DNA of 64,000 bases, from positions 27,697-91,696 of the IMG/VR virus record IMGVR_UViG_3300027850_000169; one strand, written 5' to 3'. The notes below the pieces were generated by a model. The model was not told the origin of the DNA. It saw only the letters and a list, made by a program, of their open reading frames with translations, and did not search any database. This document shows, in pieces, positions 9,543 through 19,022 of the stretch; within the stretch, counting starts at the first letter, position 1, and each line of letters begins with the position of its first letter. The position numbers and the translations under genes are program-made. The stretch is from a virus.

Positions 9543-10214
9543 ATGACTACACTCGCAGCAGCACTCAAAAAAGACCTCAAGCAAAATTTCAAAGATATTA
9601 AATTTTCAGTAACAACAAAGCGCAATGATGTCGGTGTCGCATGGGAGATGACTCTCGGCACAGCCGCAACCAAGCAAGCCGTTAAAGAGATTTGCAAAAA
9701 GCATGAAACGGTTCAATATCACGGCTCTTTGATAGACGATACCGCTTGGTCGTCTGGGACGGGTGTTTACTACCACCCCAGCTACACCCAAGAAATGAAA
9801 GATTCGGCAGTTGCCGGAGTTATTGACTACAACAAGTTCGCTGACGCTACTTGGGACGACAGATATGAACGATTTGTGCAGGCTGACGGCAAGGAACATC
9901 TTCGCGCAACCAAACTATTCTACTACTATGTAGAGAATGGCGTAGCGTCACAATTAATTGACGAATACGGTAACGAACCGTCAGACAAACGCTGGTATTA
10001 TGAAAAACTCAATACACCCGCACCGATTGAATTAGAGCCCGTTTTGCAACCCGAACCCGACTCCGCGCCCGATTGTATAAGCCTGGAAGAATGGGTTGCA
10101 ACAAAAAGTAAACGGAATCAGCTAGAAGAAGAATCGGCACTAAAATCTGAGATTTGGGAGCTTCAGCAACGACTGATAGCACTACAGTTGAAGCGCTCGA
10201 AGACTAACAGATAG
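9543..10214 (+). CDS. LPD29-like domain protein
   Basis: N-terminal AAALKKDLKQNF..IKFSV....V.W. Confidence 0.55.
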   Translation: MTTLAAALKKDLKQNFKDIKFSVTTKRNDVGVAWEMTLGTAATKQAVKEICKKHETVQYHGSLIDDTAWSSGTGVYYHPSYTQEMKDSAVAGVIDYNKFADATWDDRYERFVQADGKEHLRATKLFYYYVENGVASQLIDEYGNEPSDKRWYYEKLNTPAPIELEPVLQPEPDSAPDCISLEEWVATKSKRNQLEEESALKSEIWELQQRLIALQLKRSKTNR

Positions 10215-10296
10215 CACACAACTGGGAGGAACAATCCTCCCGTTATTTCGCCACAACAGCCGAAACGCTTACACCGCATACGTCTTTGACCACGCC

Positions 10297-10368
10297 AAAA
10301 AATACTTTTAGAAAACACTTGACAAACCTTTGCGGGTAGCCTATAGTAGTTTACATAGCCACTAAATT
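10297..10368 (+). promoter_or_regulatory. Repeated early promoter, copy 2
   Basis: TTGACA(10319)-aacctttgcgggtagcc-TATAGT; near-identical to copy 1. Confidence 0.85.
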
Positions 10369-10780
10369 GAAGCAAATGAAAAAACGCAGCCCCGTTGACA
10401 TCGACTTATTCCAGCATGAAAGCTTGATTCATAAGCTCAGTGAAAGTAATAGCGCATTTATCAAGTCCTCGGCTCCTTTCATCACAATCCCCGGTTTCTC
10501 TAGAGGTAACGATAAAATCGAGTTTGCAGTTGGCGACCTAGTGAAAGACGAAAAGCGGTCTTTCTATAAAACACCGATGACGTGGAAAGTTTTGGAAGTT
10601 TTCAGACAAAATGGATTTGTACACTATCAGTGCGAACTGGTGCTGACTCCTGCCGATTTAGCGGGAGGTGTTTGGAAGAAGAATGACCCACGAACCAAAA
10701 CGCGGCATTCTCAAAAAGACCTTGAATTGACAGAAAGAGTGACTCAAGCCAATTTTAACAAGTCTAAACCTCGCGCATAA
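10367..10780 (+). CDS. Hypothetical early protein
   Basis: ORF directly after the promoter (ATG probably 10376). Confidence 0.6.
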   Translation: MKQMKKRSPVDIDLFQHESLIHKLSESNSAFIKSSAPFITIPGFSRGNDKIEFAVGDLVKDEKRSFYKTPMTWKVLEVFRQNGFVHYQCELVLTPADLAGGVWKKNDPRTKTRHSQKDLELTERVTQANFNKSKPRA

Positions 10781-10820
10781 CGCACCACAGGGAGGATTAC
10801 TCCTCCCGTTATTTCGCCAC

Positions 10821-11126
10821 ATGAAAAAACACGAAATCCCTCTCCTTTTTTTTGAAACCAAAAGCGAATCAATCAGCGAAACTTGCAAATGTGAATTTTG
10901 CGGCAAAAAGATTCAATTCTATTTGCACAAGCGCTGGATTAGCGGAGTAAATTCAGACTACCACGTACAAGACGAGAGCGGACCACACCGCAATTGTTAC
11001 AGACCTACGGGATGGTCAAAGCTTGGAGTTAAAGCTATTCCCGACGGTTGGGAATACCGAGACTCAGACAATGATGACGATAGGGCCTGCTTTACTCAAA
11101 AGAAATACACCCAATTTTACAAGTAA
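10821..11126 (+). CDS. Hypothetical protein with CxxC
   Basis: CEFCG; member of the early operon. Confidence 0.6.
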   Translation: MKKHEIPLLFFETKSESISETCKCEFCGKKIQFYLHKRWISGVNSDYHVQDESGPHRNCYRPTGWSKLGVKAIPDGWEYRDSDNDDDRACFTQKKYTQFYK

Positions 11127-11179
11127 TACAACCGGGTCGCGCATGGTACACGCGAAACAGCAACTAACTGAGAAAAACA

Positions 11180-11407
11180 ATGAATAACGCCGAGCTAAAA
11201 ACTCTTATCGAACATTTCAAAGCTTACTGCCTCGAAAAAAGGGAAATTTTGCAATCAGTTCCAAACGAAAAATACCACCACTCAGTCATCTTAGACAAGA
11301 TGATTATGAACGAAGAAAAGAAGTTGAAAGGAGACGAACAGCTTACATACACAAGAAATCAAGCTTACTTTGAGGCGAAAATCCCTCAATATTTCTTGAA
11401 TAAGTAA
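11180..11407 (+). CDS. Hypothetical protein
   Basis: ORF between two intercistronic structure motifs. Confidence 0.6.
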   Translation: MNNAELKTLIEHFKAYCLEKREILQSVPNEKYHHSVILDKMIMNEEKKLKGDEQLTYTRNQAYFEAKIPQYFLNK

Positions 11408-11469
11408 ATTCACAGGGGTCGCGCATCCTACACGCGAAACGGCAAACCACTCAACACCAATAGAAAACA

Positions 11470-11802
11470 ATGATTTTCAAAGCAAAAGCAGAAATAGTTA
11501 AAGTGACCGAAGTTGAAGTAGCAGAAGTTGAAGCATCTGAAACAGCGAAGATATATAAACTTGGTCAAACCATGTTCTCGGAAGAATATTTTACACTGCC
11601 GTGTGCAGGTCATTGGCCATTAGTTTTTAAAAATAAAAAGGAATTCTTGAAAGCTACGGAATGCTATAAAGGCATCGGCCACATTCTTCAAGGTCAAGGT
11701 GGAAACTATTGGGCGTGGCCAGCATACTCAATCATCGGAAACTTATTCTCGACTAAGGCTGAGGCAATGAGCTACCTTGATGCTGTAAATTCTAGGCGCT
11801 AA
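11470..11802 (+). CDS. Hypothetical protein
   Basis: ORF between two intercistronic structure motifs. Confidence 0.6.
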   Translation: MIFKAKAEIVKVTEVEVAEVEASETAKIYKLGQTMFSEEYFTLPCAGHWPLVFKNKKEFLKATECYKGIGHILQGQGGNYWAWPAYSIIGNLFSTKAEAMSYLDAVNSRR

Positions 11803-11869
11803 CCTTTTTCGCCAATCTGCGGTACGGCTGAATAAAACCGCAAGAAAACCATATCAAAACCAAAATCAA

Positions 11870-12184
11870 ATGTCTATCTTCACAGATTTTATTGGAATAT
11901 ATTGCCTCATCCGCTCTAAGGATGCAGGTGTCTTTGCTGGCACTTTAATAGAGGTGGAGGGGGGCAATGCGCGAATTCAAAATGCTCGTCGGCTCTGGAA
12001 ATGGAAGGGGGCGTCGTCCCTTTCTGAATTGTCACAGAAAGGAGTGTTACATCCCGAGTCGTGTATGTTTCCTTGTGAAGTCCCAGAGATTCTAGTTTTG
12101 GGAATTATCGAGGTAATTCCCTGCTCTACAAAAGCAATAGATTCGATTGCCTCTGTACCAGAATGGTCGTCACATTGTCCTTAA
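11870..12184 (+). CDS. DUF6948-like phage protein
   Basis: IRS..AGVFAGTL, NARRLW.W.GA.SLSEL...G, EVIPC. Confidence 0.7.
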   Translation: MSIFTDFIGIYCLIRSKDAGVFAGTLIEVEGGNARIQNARRLWKWKGASSLSELSQKGVLHPESCMFPCEVPEILVLGIIEVIPCSTKAIDSIASVPEWSSHCP

Positions 12185-12233
12185 ATGGTATCAAATCAGA
12201 TTAGGTCAGATTAAGAGGAAAAGGACAAGGACA

Positions 12234-12311
12234 ATGAAAAACGACGGCTACGGCTACGGCTACAGCGACGGCTCCGGCTCCGGCGACGGCGACGGCTCCG
12301 GCTACGGCTAA
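12234..12311 (+). CDS. 25-aa Gly-X repeat peptide MKNDGYGYGYSDGSGSGDGDGSGYG
   Basis: AGGA RBS, ATG...TAA, GGC-NNC hexamer repeats; followed by the same post-stop structure as neighbouring genes. Confidence 0.6.
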   Translation: MKNDGYGYGYSDGSGSGDGDGSGYG

Positions 12312-12512
12312 CACAAAACGCCAATCTGCGGTACGGCTGAAAAGAACCGCAAGAACCATGACAAATAAAACCCCATGAACAAACCAGTTGTAGTTTATCA
12401 CCAAGTCAAGCCTGGTACTGACTGTCCTGACGGCATCTGTGCTGCGTGGGTAGTTTTAAAAGCAATTCAAGAGCAAGGCTGCAACAAATTTGAATTAGTT
12501 GGCGACAGCTAT

Positions 12513-12690
12513 TTGAACGACAAAGACTTTGACATCCTCACCGACCTGAAGGCACGGTGATTCCTAAGACTCACAACTTAGGTTTCTGCTTCATAGCACC
12601 AGCCTTAACAGATTTACTCTGTTCAGGTCTTACAGTCGCTCCACAGACTGACACGGCAAGCCCTGCCGCCAAAATATTCTTTGCTGCATT
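12513..12690 (-). ncRNA. Putative omegaRNA (tnpB 3' end + right end + ~16-nt flanking guide)
   Basis: Expected location for an IS605 omegaRNA; boundaries are approximate. Confidence 0.55.
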
Positions 12691-13828
12691 GATATCTCGG
12701 TCATGGTTTGTCCCACACTTAGGACACTCCCACTCTCGAATATTCAAAGGCAGCTTTTCCACAACGTGACCACAATGCCCACACATCTTAGAACTAGGAA
12801 ACCATCGGTCAATCTTGACAAAAGTACGACCATACCAGCCGCACTTGTATTGGAGTTGCCTGACCAGTTCCCCCCAGCTAGCATCACTGATAGCAAGGGC
12901 AAGTTTGTGGTTCTTGACCATATTCTTCACAACCAAATCCTCAACGGCGATGGTTTGGTTTTCACGCACCAGTCGAGTTGTCAGTTTGTGAAGAAAATCC
13001 TTTCTAGAGTCGCTAATTTCTTGGTGAACTCTAGCAACTTTAAGTCTAGCTTTGTGTCGATTGTTGCTACCTTTGACCTTGCGGGACAAACGCTTCTGGG
13101 CTTTCTTGAGCTTGCGACGTTTAGTTTTGAAGCATTTAGGGTTTGCAACTTTCTCGCCATTGCTCAGGGTAATCAAGCTAGTGATACCCAAATCCAAACC
13201 AATCTGATTAGTAGATTCTTGCCATGTTTCAATTTCAGTGTCAACCAACAAAGAAACAGTCCATCTTCCAGAGGGTGCAAGTTTTACTGTAATAGTAGAT
13301 GGCTCAGTATCAGGTGGAATCTCCCGACTCCATCTGATATCCAACGGCTCAATACACTTTGCTAAGTAAACTTGTCCATCTTTCCACTTGAAAGCGGACT
13401 TGGTAAATTCTGCATTGCCACCATTATGCTTTTTCTTGAAGTTAGGGTATTTTGCCCGACCCGCAAAGAAGTTAGTAAAGGCGGATTGCAGATGCCTCAA
13501 GCCCTGCTGTACTGGCACACAGCTAACTTCGTTGAGAAATTGCAAGTCTTCTTGCTTTTTCCACTCGGTCAACATCGCAGAAGTTTCAGTGTATCCGACT
13601 CGCTCTTGCCTTTCATACCAAGCCTCCGTTCTAAGAGCAAGGGCTTTGTTGTAGACTAAACGAGCGCAACCCATCGTTCTTCTCAGCAAGTTTTCTTGCT
13701 CAGGAGTTGGATAGAATCGGTACTTGAATGCTTTCTGTGTCATACTTCACAGTATAGCATCTATTTCGTGAAAGTGTAAACTTTAATATAAAGCCGTCCT
13801 AGAAGGACGGGGTTTCAGACCTATTTTT
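12529..13828 (-). mobile_element. IS200/IS605-family element, tnpB only (IS1341-like)
   Basis: Left end follows TTAC and has the hairpin ccgtccttctaggacgg. Right-end hairpin caccgtgccttcaggtcggtg ends at TCAA. No tnpA. Confidence 0.9.
12571..13743 (-). CDS. tnpB: TnpB RNA-guided endonuclease
   Basis: HTH start KAFKYRFYPT; RuvC GLDLG / AVEDL / DRDINAA; Zn finger CGHC..CPKC. Confidence 0.95.
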   Translation of the reverse strand: MTQKAFKYRFYPTPEQENLLRRTMGCARLVYNKALALRTEAWYERQERVGYTETSAMLTEWKKQEDLQFLNEVSCVPVQQGLRHLQSAFTNFFAGRAKYPNFKKKHNGGNAEFTKSAFKWKDGQVYLAKCIEPLDIRWSREIPPDTEPSTITVKLAPSGRWTVSLLVDTEIETWQESTNQIGLDLGITSLITLSNGEKVANPKCFKTKRRKLKKAQKRLSRKVKGSNNRHKARLKVARVHQEISDSRKDFLHKLTTRLVRENQTIAVEDLVVKNMVKNHKLALAISDASWGELVRQLQYKCGWYGRTFVKIDRWFPSSKMCGHCGHVVEKLPLNIREWECPKCGTNHDRDINAAKNILAAGLAVSVCGATVRPEQSKSVKAGAMKQKPKL

Positions 13829-14202
13829 GTAATGAATGGGATTGTGACTCAAGATACATAGAGATTGCTGGGGTCAAGGTTCCTTATTTCCCCTTGCCGC
13901 CTCACCTGTTTCGCTACTATTCGATGCTCGGAGCGATGGGTGCTACTCGTTATCACGAATACCCATTTGTGGTTGTCGTGACCGATGACCCACAGAAAGT
14001 TTCATTACGTTCGCGTCCTGACGGTGCTGATGTTTCCGAAATCGCGAAAAAGTTAGGAGGCGGTGGACATAAACACGCTGCTGGATTCTCTCTTTAGGTT
14101 GAGTTCTTTCTGAAGCTTAAAATGCCCGACATCAACGCGCGAGAAGCATTTCAAACTTCAGGAATTCCCCATCATAGCCGATAATTTATCAACCAAAGTA
14201 CC

Positions 14203-14847
14203 ATGAATTTGTATCAAATAAAGAAACAGTCAGCATGGCAAAAAGATTGCGAAAAAATCGCAACCTGGGCGGATTCGATTGGATTAGCTATTTTAAAAAT
14301 TACAGACCGGGAAATTTCCAATATTATGAAGAAAGATATTTCCGAAATCTATAATCTTTCTTTTCTCCCGAACCTATGGATAATAAAAGGAATTGCCGTA
14401 ATAAACAATCAGACGCACCCTGGGAGCTTACTGCACGATTTAGGACATCTTGCAGTAACTCCTAGTTGGCTGCGTCCGCACCTCAGTGAAAATCTTGACT
14501 GGGAGCAATCTCCTAAACTGGTTGAACTTGTAGAAAGTAAATGTGATGCTACGGCAGGGAAGGGGCTGAAGTTGCAGAACTGGAATGCCTTAATACATGG
14601 AGACGAGCAAGCTGCAATTGCATGGAGTTTTGTGGCGGCACAAGCCGCTGGGGTCGATAACTTCCTACCATTTGAAATAGGGTTTGACAATCCAGATAGT
14701 TCGACAGGTGAAGAATTGCACGATAGTTTATTAATGAGTGCGGCAACTGGTAATTGTTACCATGCTGGAATAGCTTCGTTGTATCACGGTGGAATGCTCA
14801 AAAATAAAGCTGATTTCCCCAGCCTGAGTAAGTGGATACAAGATTAA
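14203..14847 (+). CDS. Zincin-like hypothetical protein
   Basis: PG.LLHDLGHLAV ... E.AAIAWS. Confidence 0.55.
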   Translation: MNLYQIKKQSAWQKDCEKIATWADSIGLAILKITDREISNIMKKDISEIYNLSFLPNLWIIKGIAVINNQTHPGSLLHDLGHLAVTPSWLRPHLSENLDWEQSPKLVELVESKCDATAGKGLKLQNWNALIHGDEQAAIAWSFVAAQAAGVDNFLPFEIGFDNPDSSTGEELHDSLLMSAATGNCYHAGIASLYHGGMLKNKADFPSLSKWIQD

Positions 14848-15209
14848 TTGTACTTCAAAAACTCGCTAGCTACAGGTAGTAATTCATCAGTCAAAGCAAA
14901 ACAACTCAACATCTTCGCACTTGAAACTCTACTTTTATCGGTTCTAACATCGTAAACAAATCCACTTGTCGCCTGCGTAAATGCGCTTCTAATGTCAATC
15001 GTTCCCTGTTTCAGCCACTTCAACTTGGTCGGTGAAATAGCTGTGTAAAGCCACCTGTTGCCATCGTCTATTTCATCTACCCAAAGTCCAAGATAGTTTT
15101 GTTCGTCCTGATTTCGACAAGAGAAAAAGACGGGCTGATTATCGTATTGATTGAAAATATCTACATACTCAAGTTTACCAAGTCGAGTATTTTCGGGAAG
15201 GTAACTCAT
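14844..15209 (-). CDS. DUF6575-like protein
   Basis: YD.PVFFSC.N....YLGLWVDE.....WLY..IS. Confidence 0.55.
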   Translation of the reverse strand: MSYLPENTRLGKLEYVDIFNQYDNQPVFFSCRNQDEQNYLGLWVDEIDDGNRWLYTAISPTKLKWLKQGTIDIRSAFTQATSGFVYDVRTDKSRVSSAKMLSCFALTDELLPVASEFLKYN

Positions 15210-15211
15210 AA

Positions 15212-15475
15212 TTAATTGTACTTCAAAATCTCGTCAATAGTCTCTTGTGCCTTAATCACTGCCTCGGATTCAGTAGGATAATCTACAACGGGCAAGTCTC
15301 GTATTCGGCAAAATCCCTTAAAACCCTGTTCAGGATTACAACGATGCCAAACATAGAAATAATGCCCAATAACTACTGGCTCAGTTGAACCCCTAGCAAT
15401 TCTGTCTCGCGCCTCTTCAAAGGTCTTATTCGTTGTTATCTTGAAGCCCCTGTAATCGTGCCAAGTGTTAGTCAT
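15212..15475 (-). CDS. Hypothetical protein
   Basis: W.DYRGF...YPTESEA...A...ID. Confidence 0.6.
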   Translation of the reverse strand: MTNTWHDYRGFKITTNKTFEEARDRIARGSTEPVVIGHYFYVWHRCNPEQGFKGFCRIRDLPVVDYPTESEAVIKAQETIDEILKYN

Positions 15476-15478
15476 AAT

Positions 15479-15645
15479 TCAGTCCAAATTATCCACAATT
15501 GCATCAATTATACCCTGCGCCGTATCAAAAGCAATGCCCACATTCGGATACTCCTCTGATTCGTTTTTCAATCGTCGTTTGCGTCCCTTTTCCACGGGTA
15601 ACCAAAGTTGATACAGCCTCGATACTCTTGCCAAAGATTGCTCAA
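15479..15645 (-). pseudogene. Frameshifted paralog of 15212..15475
   Basis: Two frames read LSNLWQEYRGC... and ...EEYPNVGIAFDTAQGIIDAI. Confidence 0.4.
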
Positions 15646-15670
15646 GCTTGTTTCCTCTTATTCGAGGTTA

Positions 15671-16243
15671 TCAATTGCCCGAAGGTAGATTATTCTGAGC
15701 ATTTCTTGTTGCCATCTCGCGAACTATGTCAGTAGCGCGTCGGTATCCGGTACGCTGCTTAATCTTTTCGCTAGGTACTTGAACACCCATCATTTCTGCC
15801 TTTTCCCAATCCCGTGACCGCATATAAGCCAATTCCTGCTCTGTGGGCATGGTGACGGGAAGTTCGGTTAGAGTTAAAACGGATTGCTGAGCGACAGACT
15901 GCTTTGCTATTTTCTCGCACTCAAGAAAATACTTTCGGATTAGCTTACCTTGTTCTGTTTTGGCTATCATCCCAAACTCTCTTAAGCAGGTAGCCGTTAA
16001 GCAGTAAAAATGGCTAGAACGTCCAACAGGAGCCTTTTTAACCTGTTGGTTAATTTCATTCTGGCTGTTAGGGTCGCTTATCTTAAAGATGTAATCCACG
16101 CCCTCTTGAAAGTAAGATTCCAGTGTACTTAACGCCTTTTGCTTGGTTGAGTAACCGAGCCAAACCCACGCCTGATCCAAACCTACCGGAAACTCTTCAG
16201 CAGATTCTAGGAATGACTTTGCCAATTCAATGTTAAAATCCAT
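15671..16243 (-). CDS. Antirepressor-like DNA-binding protein (AntA/MSV199-like)
   Basis: LD.AW.WLGYS.K, EGVDY, GK.IRKYFLECEK. Confidence 0.75.
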   Translation of the reverse strand: MDFNIELAKSFLESAEEFPVGLDQAWVWLGYSTKQKALSTLESYFQEGVDYIFKISDPNSQNEINQQVKKAPVGRSSHFYCLTATCLREFGMIAKTEQGKLIRKYFLECEKIAKQSVAQQSVLTLTELPVTMPTEQELAYMRSRDWEKAEMMGVQVPSEKIKQRTGYRRATDIVREMATRNAQNNLPSGN

Positions 16244-16386
16244 GAGTGACCTCTGTTTTAGGCTACAGTCTCTGGAGTTTCGGTGCTATAACACCAGCTC
16301 GCGAGGGACATTTTAATTATACCATATTAGACAGCGCTCAAACTACCTATCCTGTTGCTGGCAGTAACTTGAGCGCGAGTCTGTCG

Positions 16387-17157
16387 CTACCAGTCTACGA
16401 CTTGCTCTTTTTCTACCGTTGGAGAATTCGCGGAACATTTCCCCGAACTAGAATTTACTTCGTAGTCGAATTCATCTTTTAGGATTATTTTCCGGTCTAA
16501 GACTCTCAACTTGTATTCTGCCGCCAGAGTTTGAGCGTTCTTCTCAATCCACAGGGAAACCAAGATTGGTTGTGTTGGCATTCTAGAAGCTGCTTCCAAG
16601 CAAAAATTTTCAAAAGTCTCTCTCTCTCGTTCTGAAGAGAGAGATGAAAGAAAAGTTGAAAGGAAATTTGAAGAAAAAGATGAAGAAGAATATGAAGAGT
16701 TCTCCAAACCCTTGCCCTGATTAGCTTCTGTTTTTTCTCCTGTCACGATGAAAGACGTGCTGTCTACAATCGTGGACTGGTCGTCTTGAATCGTGGATTC
16801 GGTGTCTACAATCGTGGACTGGTCGTCTTGAATCGTGGATTCGGTGTCTACAATCGTGGACTGGTCGTCTTCATCTGTAGACAAACTGGAATTGAGACTA
16901 ATGGAGAACTTTGTATTGGCGGGTGTTGACCAATTTATACTTCCTTCTGCTTTTAACTTGCTTAACGCTGAGTAGAAGGCAGCTCTACTAATCCCTAGCT
17001 TATCGGTAATCTCTTTTTGTGTTTCTTTGAGTACCCAGCCTTGCTTGAGTCGAATTTTCAGATAGAAGAGTAGAAGTCCTTTTGCCGTTAAATCGCCCTT
17101 TTGGTAGTGAGCGATTGCGCTAGTCAAAGTCACTTCGTAATGTTGTTGTCCTTTCAT
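16387..17157 (-). CDS. Replication initiator-like HTH protein
   Basis: N-terminal HTH (EITDKLGISRAAFYSALSKL) plus an internal tandem repeat; lambda-O-like layout. Confidence 0.65.
   Translation of the reverse strand: MKGQQHYEVTLTSAIAHYQKGDLTAKGLLLFYLKIRLKQGWVLKETQKEITDKLGISRAAFYSALSKLKAEGSINWSTPANTKFSISLNSSLSTDEDDQSTIVDTESTIQDDQSTIVDTESTIQDDQSTIVDSTSFIVTGEKTEANQGKGLENSSYSSSSFSSNFLSTFLSSLSSERERETFENFCLEAASRMPTQPILVSLWIEKNAQTLAAEYKLRVLDRKIILKDEFDYEVNSSSGKCSANSPTVEKEQVVDW
16761..16871. repeat. Iteron-like tandem repeat (42-bp unit x2.6; AATCGTGGA core x5 at 21-bp period), probable origin
   Basis: tgtctacaatcgtggactggtcgtcttgaatcgtggattcgg repeated; adjacent strand-biased purine tract at 16620-16700. 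Confidence 0.75.
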
Positions 17158-17255
17158 GGTTTTAAACCTTTATAAAGTTTGTAATGTTCAGAAACGGTGA
17201 GTATTTCAACGACAAAGTATTTGACAACAACAAAGTTATCTGTTAAGATGAACTT

Positions 17256-17388
17256 TGTTGTGTTATATCACAGTTGACCCAACCCGCTTGACAGCAGTTA
17301 AGGTTCTTGATTGACTCACACACTAGAAATAGTCAAAACAGCAATTAAACTCAAAAAGCAATTCGTTTGGTCGCGGGTTGCTTTTTGT
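17256..17388 (+). ncRNA. Candidate counter-transcript RNA antisense to the rep leader
   Basis: TTGACA(17221)-17 bp-TAAGAT with extended TG; terminator at 17352-17387; no ORF. Confidence 0.5.
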
Positions 17389-17463
17389 ATGTGAGCAGTC
17401 TCAAAGCGCTAGCTACGGGCAAAGACACGGTTCAACTGCTCAACACAAATTAAGTATATCACG

Positions 17464-17515
17464 ACTGAATCCCTGACTCAAGACATCGTGCAATGTCTTG
17501 AGTCAGGGATTCAGT
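17464..17515. repeat. Perfect inverted repeat with 23-bp arms
   Basis: actgaatccctgactcaagacat-cgtgca-atgtcttgagtcagggattcagt. Confidence 0.95.
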
Positions 17516-17547
17516 ATATAGCTTGCTTAAGCTAGACAATACACCAA

Positions 17548-17769
17548 CTACTTTATGTTATTCTTGGCGGCATATTGTTTCAATGTTTTGGCGCTAGCGT
17601 TTAGCACCAACCACTGTAACTCAGCCGCTTGTTCGTAGCTCATTAGTTCAGGATTCTTGCTTGCTGTCTCTGAAGGCTCTGTCGCTTTGCTTGCGTCAGA
17701 GATGCCAGCTCTAAAAGGAAAGCTTTTTGCTTTGGCTGGGTCTGGTTGTGATTGATTGGAGTTATTCAT
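17548..17769 (-). CDS. Hypothetical protein
   Basis: 73-aa ORF with an AT-rich upstream region. Confidence 0.5.
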   Translation of the reverse strand: MNNSNQSQPDPAKAKSFPFRAGISDASKATEPSETASKNPELMSYEQAAELQWLVLNASAKTLKQYAAKNNIK

Positions 17770-17980
17770 TGTTTGATTGTTTACACTATCAATAATTTTA
17801 TCACGATTGGGTCAGTTTGGAAATAGTTTGCACAAGACTCTTGACTTAGGTTAATCGTATTGCTAAGATTATTTAATAGTGCCGATGTCAACAACAATGC
17901 GCCAGTAGCGTTAGATTACTGGATAGCACAAAACCGCAGATTCAAAGACATTAACTTCTAGTGAAGGTCAATTTAAATCT

Positions 17981-18325
17981 ATGTTATCTGAAATGTTTCG
18001 GTTATTACCAACAGTTATACTTGCGGCTGTGAATAACGCTGCAATTGAAAACCTCAAGAGAAGAGGTCGCCTGTCTCTTTGTAACGCAACAAACGAAGTT
18101 TCTGTGTCTCAATACAAACTGTGTACTATTAAGGTTAATGCAATGAGAAACGAATACTACACGTGTAGTTACTCAATATATTTCGGTGACATCTTGTTAT
18201 CTGAGGGTGATTACTGTTTTAATACGGAAGAGTCAAGAATCGAGGCGCGGGGATGGATTGACAACCAAGAAGCCTTGGTTGACGGTAAATTGGAGAGGTT
18301 GAAACACAAGTTAAATTTAAAGTAA
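17981..18325 (+). CDS. Hypothetical protein (similar to 2374..2700)
   Basis: YK...I....YT.SYSIY...EARGWID. Confidence 0.55.
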   Translation: MLSEMFRLLPTVILAAVNNAAIENLKRRGRLSLCNATNEVSVSQYKLCTIKVNAMRNEYYTCSYSIYFGDILLSEGDYCFNTEESRIEARGWIDNQEALVDGKLERLKHKLNLK

Positions 18326-18345
18326 AACGTAGAACTCTATTTTTA

Positions 18346-18381
18346 CTTTTAATAGCTTTCGGAGGCGAAAGCTATTAAAAG
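18346..18381. terminator. Hairpin with 16-bp arms, probable terminator
   Basis: cttttaatagctttcg-gagg-cgaaagctattaaaag. Confidence 0.65.
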
Positions 18382-18552
18382 ACTAAACAAAACTGTTGAG
18401 CAGTCGGGACGTTTCTACGATTTCTTGTCGATTAAAAGGTGTTGAATTGATTCGGACAAAAGAGGCTGAACTCATTACACCCGGCGGGTTACAACGTGTT
18501 GCACTAATTTCAGAAGACATTATCACAGACTCTATAAAGCGAAAGCTATTCA

Positions 18553-18990
18553 ATGGTTAAGCAAGCTACCAACAACTTTAAAACAAAAATAGGAAAAATT
18601 ATGACTGTTACAAATGAGAGAAAAGAAGTTTTGTTTAAATATCTAGTAGAAGGTATTGATGCGGCTAATATTGTCCATAACCCTGTGAAGATAGTTACTC
18701 CTCAACAATTACATAACAACGTACTACTAAAACGTTATTATGAGAGGGGGACAAGTGAACTACTTTATTCTGATGATATCCATTTTCGTTCGATAGCTTG
18801 TAAAAAAAAGAAGAAAACAGAAACAGACGAAAAATTGTTTGCTAAAATTGTATCTGCTTATATCAAATGTCTAAAAGATGCTATACCTACTGGAGTAGAA
18901 TTATACTTAGTAAAAGAAGTACAATATCTTATGATACTTTCCCCTGATAGCAAGTTCTATCTATCAACTATCTTAGTGGCTCTTGATTAA
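18553..18990 (+). CDS. Hypothetical protein (AT-rich)
   Basis: ORF; probable ATG at 18601 after AGGA. Confidence 0.55.
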   Translation: MVKQATNNFKTKIGKIMTVTNERKEVLFKYLVEGIDAANIVHNPVKIVTPQQLHNNVLLKRYYERGTSELLYSDDIHFRSIACKKKKKTETDEKLFAKIVSAYIKCLKDAIPTGVELYLVKEVQYLMILSPDSKFYLSTILVALD

Positions 18991-19022
18991 TTAAAAGTAA
19001 AAATTTGTAATTGAGATTGTTT

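Larger units (their letters stand above)
12375..14097 (+). pseudogene. DHH/DHHA1-family phosphoesterase gene split by an IS605 element
   Basis: N-part has YH....DCPDG..AAW; C-part has SLRS..DVSEIAK.LGGGGH..AAGF; the halves rejoin in frame on excision of 12529-13828. Confidence 0.8.

Noticed and set aside
12201-12404. Minus-strand Ala-Val repeat ORF
   Set aside because: It is the antisense reading of the Gly-X repeat within a plus-strand operon
12557-13659. Plus-strand ORFs inside the IS element
   Set aside because: They are antisense to tnpB and show no TnpA HUH/Y1 motifs
17464-17515. Protelomerase (telRL-like) site
   Set aside because: The centre (cgtgca) is not palindromic and no protelomerase gene is recognisable in the window
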